From a virus (taxonomy: Duplodnaviria > Heunggongvirae > Uroviricota > Caudoviricetes): a stretch of DNA of 27,380 nucleotides. The position numbers were made by a program, and so were the translations under genes. The notes beneath the pieces are model-generated. The model did no database searches. It was not told the origin of the DNA and was given only the letters and a program-made list of their open reading frames with translations. This document shows positions 25,202 through 27,380 of the stretch, in pieces. How positions within the stretch are numbered: the first letter of the stretch is position 1; each line of letters begins with the position of its first letter. The stretch lies in the IMG/VR virus record IMGVR_UViG_3300010280_000022, one strand, 5' to 3'.

Positions 25202-25231
25202 GGTAATAGTTACCGTTGTGGTAATAGTACC
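25202..25231 (-). repeat. Tandem palindromic repeats GGTAATAGT(T)ACC x2 in the terS leader
   Basis: Copies at 25202-25214 and 25220-25231, 10-40 nt upstream of the terS start. Confidence 0.5.
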
Positions 25232-25232
25232 A

Positions 25233-25261
25233 TGCAAAATAAAGCCGCCATAGTTGGCGGC
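25233..25261 (-). terminator. Rho-independent terminator between the nin-like genes and terS
   Basis: Minus-strand GCCGCCA-ACTA-TGGCGGC followed by TTTATTTTG. Confidence 0.6.
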
Positions 25262-25266
25262 AGTAT

Positions 25267-25500
25267 TCAAAGTCCATCAAATCCATCGTAAAAACTCTCG
25301 TCAAGATACCCTTCCCATTTACCGCGAATGAAAATTACATCCTCGCCGCAAGGGTGCTGACTGTCGATAACTATATCCCTCCTGGCGCAACCATACTTAT
25401 GCATGAGAAATTTAACCTCTTTCGGAAAATTTGCTGAGTTATCTCTCATATCTTCAAGGTCGTAGCGTATTTTTGGCATAACACCTTCGTGACATGTCAC
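25267..25500 (-). CDS. Hypothetical protein (77 aa)
   Basis: ORF in a compact minus-strand array with overlapping stop/start codons. Confidence 0.5.
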   Translation of the reverse strand: MTCHEGVMPKIRYDLEDMRDNSANFPKEVKFLMHKYGCARRDIVIDSQHPCGEDVIFIRGKWEGYLDESFYDGFDGL

Positions 25501-25838
25501 ACTATTAATTTCGTTTCATGCCAGCCTTTGGTCACCCAGCATTGCGAGTCACCATTACACGGGCATGAATTCACAGGAACTCTCTCGCCGCACTTACCGC
25601 AACGTTTTCTGCTGATCGATTTTATACGCCCGTGCACGCGAGCATCATCCTGGCGGATAAGTAACGCAATATACTCACCAAATTCGTAAGGCACACGCCC
25701 GGGGCGACGCGTGGCACAGTTACGCTCCAGCATTTCAATTTCCTGAGCATCAAGCACAATCTCCAGCTTACGTACACCGGATGCAGCTTGTCTGGCTCTC
25801 TGAGCGGCTTTGCGCTCTGCTGCTGATTTAGCCATCAA
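25497..25838 (-). CDS. Hypothetical basic protein with C-terminal Cys cluster (113 aa)
   Basis: CGKCGERVPVNSCPCNGDSQC suggests a zinc-binding motif; N-terminus Lys/Arg/Ala-rich. Confidence 0.5.
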   Translation of the reverse strand: MMAKSAAERKAAQRARQAASGVRKLEIVLDAQEIEMLERNCATRRPGRVPYEFGEYIALLIRQDDARVHGRIKSISRKRCGKCGERVPVNSCPCNGDSQCWVTKGWHETKLIV

Positions 25839-26109
25839 TATTTACCTTTATAGCGAACACCTTTACCGGTTTATCGCCGAAGTGCGGATGTGTGATTGTT
25901 TTTATTTCATATCCGTTATACGGGACGTCAATTCTGCGACTGAAGTCTTCGCGCTTCGGATATCCCTTTGTGATAATCAGGCGGTCATACTCGCGGAACA
26001 TAATTCGCTTATTCCAGTAGTCATTACACAGGCGATACTCTTCCGTTTTCTCCCCGCGAATCATGGCATCGAAGTATTCACCTTTGACGGCAAGTTGCAG
26101 GTTAGCCAC
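25828..26109 (-). CDS. ASCH/PUA-like (DUF3850-like) protein (93 aa)
   Basis: LAVKGEYFDAMIRGEKTEEYRLND matches the ASCH/DUF3850 N-terminal pattern; start reassigned to GTG at 26109 with GGAGG 6 nt upstream. Confidence 0.5.
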   Translation of the reverse strand: MANLQLAVKGEYFDAMIRGEKTEEYRLCNDYWNKRIMFREYDRLIITKGYPKREDFSRRIDVPYNGYEIKTITHPHFGDKPVKVFAIKVNIDG

Positions 26110-26704
26110 GGTTAACCTCCTGCGGCGGTTTTGCTGCAAAATGCGCAATACCTTTATCCCAGATGGATTTTATGGTCGTCCACGTGACTGGTACTTTAAT
26201 TTCAATTCGTCCGCTCCCGTCACAGGTATCGCAATCATCATCGCTAAAGCATTCCGGGCAGCTTATAAACGTAGTTTCTGAAAATTCACCGGATAGCACA
26301 CCCTTAGCGCCGTTCTCAGCGGTTAGTTTCTTCGGCACTATAACCCAACCATCCGGAGTTGCCGGATAGTTGCCATTCACAAGGTCAGCTCGAACATATA
26401 GCGTGTCATCATGGTGTTGATTGTGGCTGCACCACGTTAATTCGCTTAACTCACCATCTTCTGGCCATACTCCAGCTGTTTGCAGCCAGATATGGGCTGG
26501 CGCATCTTGGCAAGGTGTATTAACTGGCAACTTGTAAGTTTGGCTTACAGGTTCTGCACTATCAGCTTCGCGCCGCTTCTGTAGCTCTGCTGCTATCGCT
26601 CTCACGACTTCAACTGGTGCCCTTGCAGCAAACTCTATGTTGGTGATCAGCTCATTAAGATATTGCTCGCTGGGATACTGTTTCTTATTGGTAATAGTGG
26701 TCAT
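26102..26704 (-). CDS. Hypothetical protein (200 aa), possibly DUF551-like C-terminal region
   Basis: W...WPEDG pattern and Cys-rich CPECFSDDDCDTCDGSG segment; ATGA overlap with the upstream gene. Confidence 0.5.
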   Translation of the reverse strand: MTTITNKKQYPSEQYLNELITNIEFAARAPVEVVRAIAAELQKRREADSAEPVSQTYKLPVNTPCQDAPAHIWLQTAGVWPEDGELSELTWCSHNQHHDDTLYVRADLVNGNYPATPDGWVIVPKKLTAENGAKGVLSGEFSETTFISCPECFSDDDCDTCDGSGRIEIKVPVTWTTIKSIWDKGIAHFAAKPPQEVNRG

Positions 26705-26910
26705 TTGTTAACCCTCAAAACTTTATGCCCGGGCGCAAAAGCACGCGTTTTGTCTTTGCTTATTCGCCAGCCATCCTTGCGCGCCTCTTTTGCACAGCCA
26801 GCCCATGACGTACCTATATACTCACCGAAGTCTGGCGACTTATATTTGCCATCTGTACACTGGAGGCAGTCACAATAGAGATGCATGGTGTAACTTGCGG
26901 CAATAGCCAT
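26701..26910 (-). CDS. Small Cys-rich protein (69 aa)
   Basis: ATG at 26910 with AAGGAG 7 nt upstream; CDCLQC...C motif. The 26701..27072 ORF-track call overlaps the next gene in another frame and is trimmed. Confidence 0.55.
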   Translation of the reverse strand: MAIAASYTMHLYCDCLQCTDGKYKSPDFGEYIGTSWAGCAKEARKDGWRISKDKTRAFAPGHKVLRVNK

Positions 26911-26911
26911 A

Positions 26912-27313
26912 TCACTCTCCTTTGATGCGAATGCCTGCGGCGCGCTCGGCTTCACTTTGTTCCCAAAACCACTTGTGAAGCTCCATGAGATTTTCGTCAA
27001 TCGGTGCATATTTGCGATTAAAGTAGGCCTGAGCATCTTTCTCAGATTCGTCCGGCAATTCGCCTGGACCAAACAGTGTGTTATAAATCCATGCCAGTCC
27101 GCTTTTAGCGTCGCCAGTCGATCGCCATTCGATAATGGCAGCCTGCATGACCAGAATGTTTTTCCCGATTAATAGGTCCAGTTCTTTGAACCGGTTACGG
27201 ATGTATGCATTCTCGCTTTGTAATTTTGCGTTGCGCTTCTCTGCGGCTTCCAGCGCTGCAACCAATTCGTCTACAGTTCCGGCAGCTTGCAGTGCGTAAT
27301 CGGTAATAGCCAT
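26912..27313 (-). CDS. Hypothetical protein (133 aa in window); frame stays open to the window edge, so the true start may lie beyond 27380
   Basis: No in-frame stop between 27313 and 27380; Trp-rich helical protein. Confidence 0.5.
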   Translation of the reverse strand: MAITDYALQAAGTVDELVAALEAAEKRNAKLQSENAYIRNRFKELDLLIGKNILVMQAAIIEWRSTGDAKSGLAWIYNTLFGPGELPDESEKDAQAYFNRKYAPIDENLMELHKWFWEQSEAERAAGIRIKGE

Positions 27314-27380
27314 CTCATGATCAATTTCAGTACCGTTCTCATTCGTTGAGGTGATAGCAAAATAATCAGAGTCGATTTCG

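Noticed and set aside
25193-25270. First 26 residues of the ORF-track terS call
   Set aside because: The Thr/Ile/Val-rich stretch is translation of the repeat/terminator leader; the double ATG at 25192 is the plausible start.
26911-27072. 5' part of the ORF-track call 26701..27072
   Set aside because: It overlaps the 26912..27313 gene in another frame; the ATG at 26910 with AAGGAG is the supported start.
1-27380. CRISPR array, integrase, repressor or lysis cassette
   Set aside because: No regular direct-repeat/spacer array, recombinase motifs or holin-endolysin pair were seen in this window; they may lie outside it.

Overview
This window reads as the late (packaging and virion) region of a temperate podovirus-type prophage from an enterobacterial-like host, almost entirely on the minus strand. 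Order in the phage direction (27380 to 1): small nin-like genes, terS, terL, portal, scaffold, major capsid, small virion genes, tail tubular A/B-like proteins, four internal core/ejection proteins (one with an SLT lytic transglycosylase motif), then the tailspike, which runs off the window at position 1. The portal, tail-tube block and tailspike N-terminus look T7-like, but the terminase-upstream gene order is P22-like. Two AT-rich plus-strand accessory islands interrupt it. The first (2.5-5.5 kb, the position of P22 immI/sieA) holds a LexA-box-controlled small gene paralogous to the C-terminus of an adjacent Bro-N antirepressor, an inner-membrane protein behind a mini-ORF and terminator, a small secreted peptide and a periplasmic protein. 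The second (21.6-23.1 kb) holds a phage-type tRNA-Arg(UCU) and a membrane/coiled-coil moron. A dyad motif ATTACC-N5-GGTRA recurs five times, always upstream of a plus-strand accessory unit. No CRISPR array, integrase, repressor or lysis genes were seen. All calls are from reading the sequence and recalled family signatures; no database search was run, so the moron functions are hypotheses.
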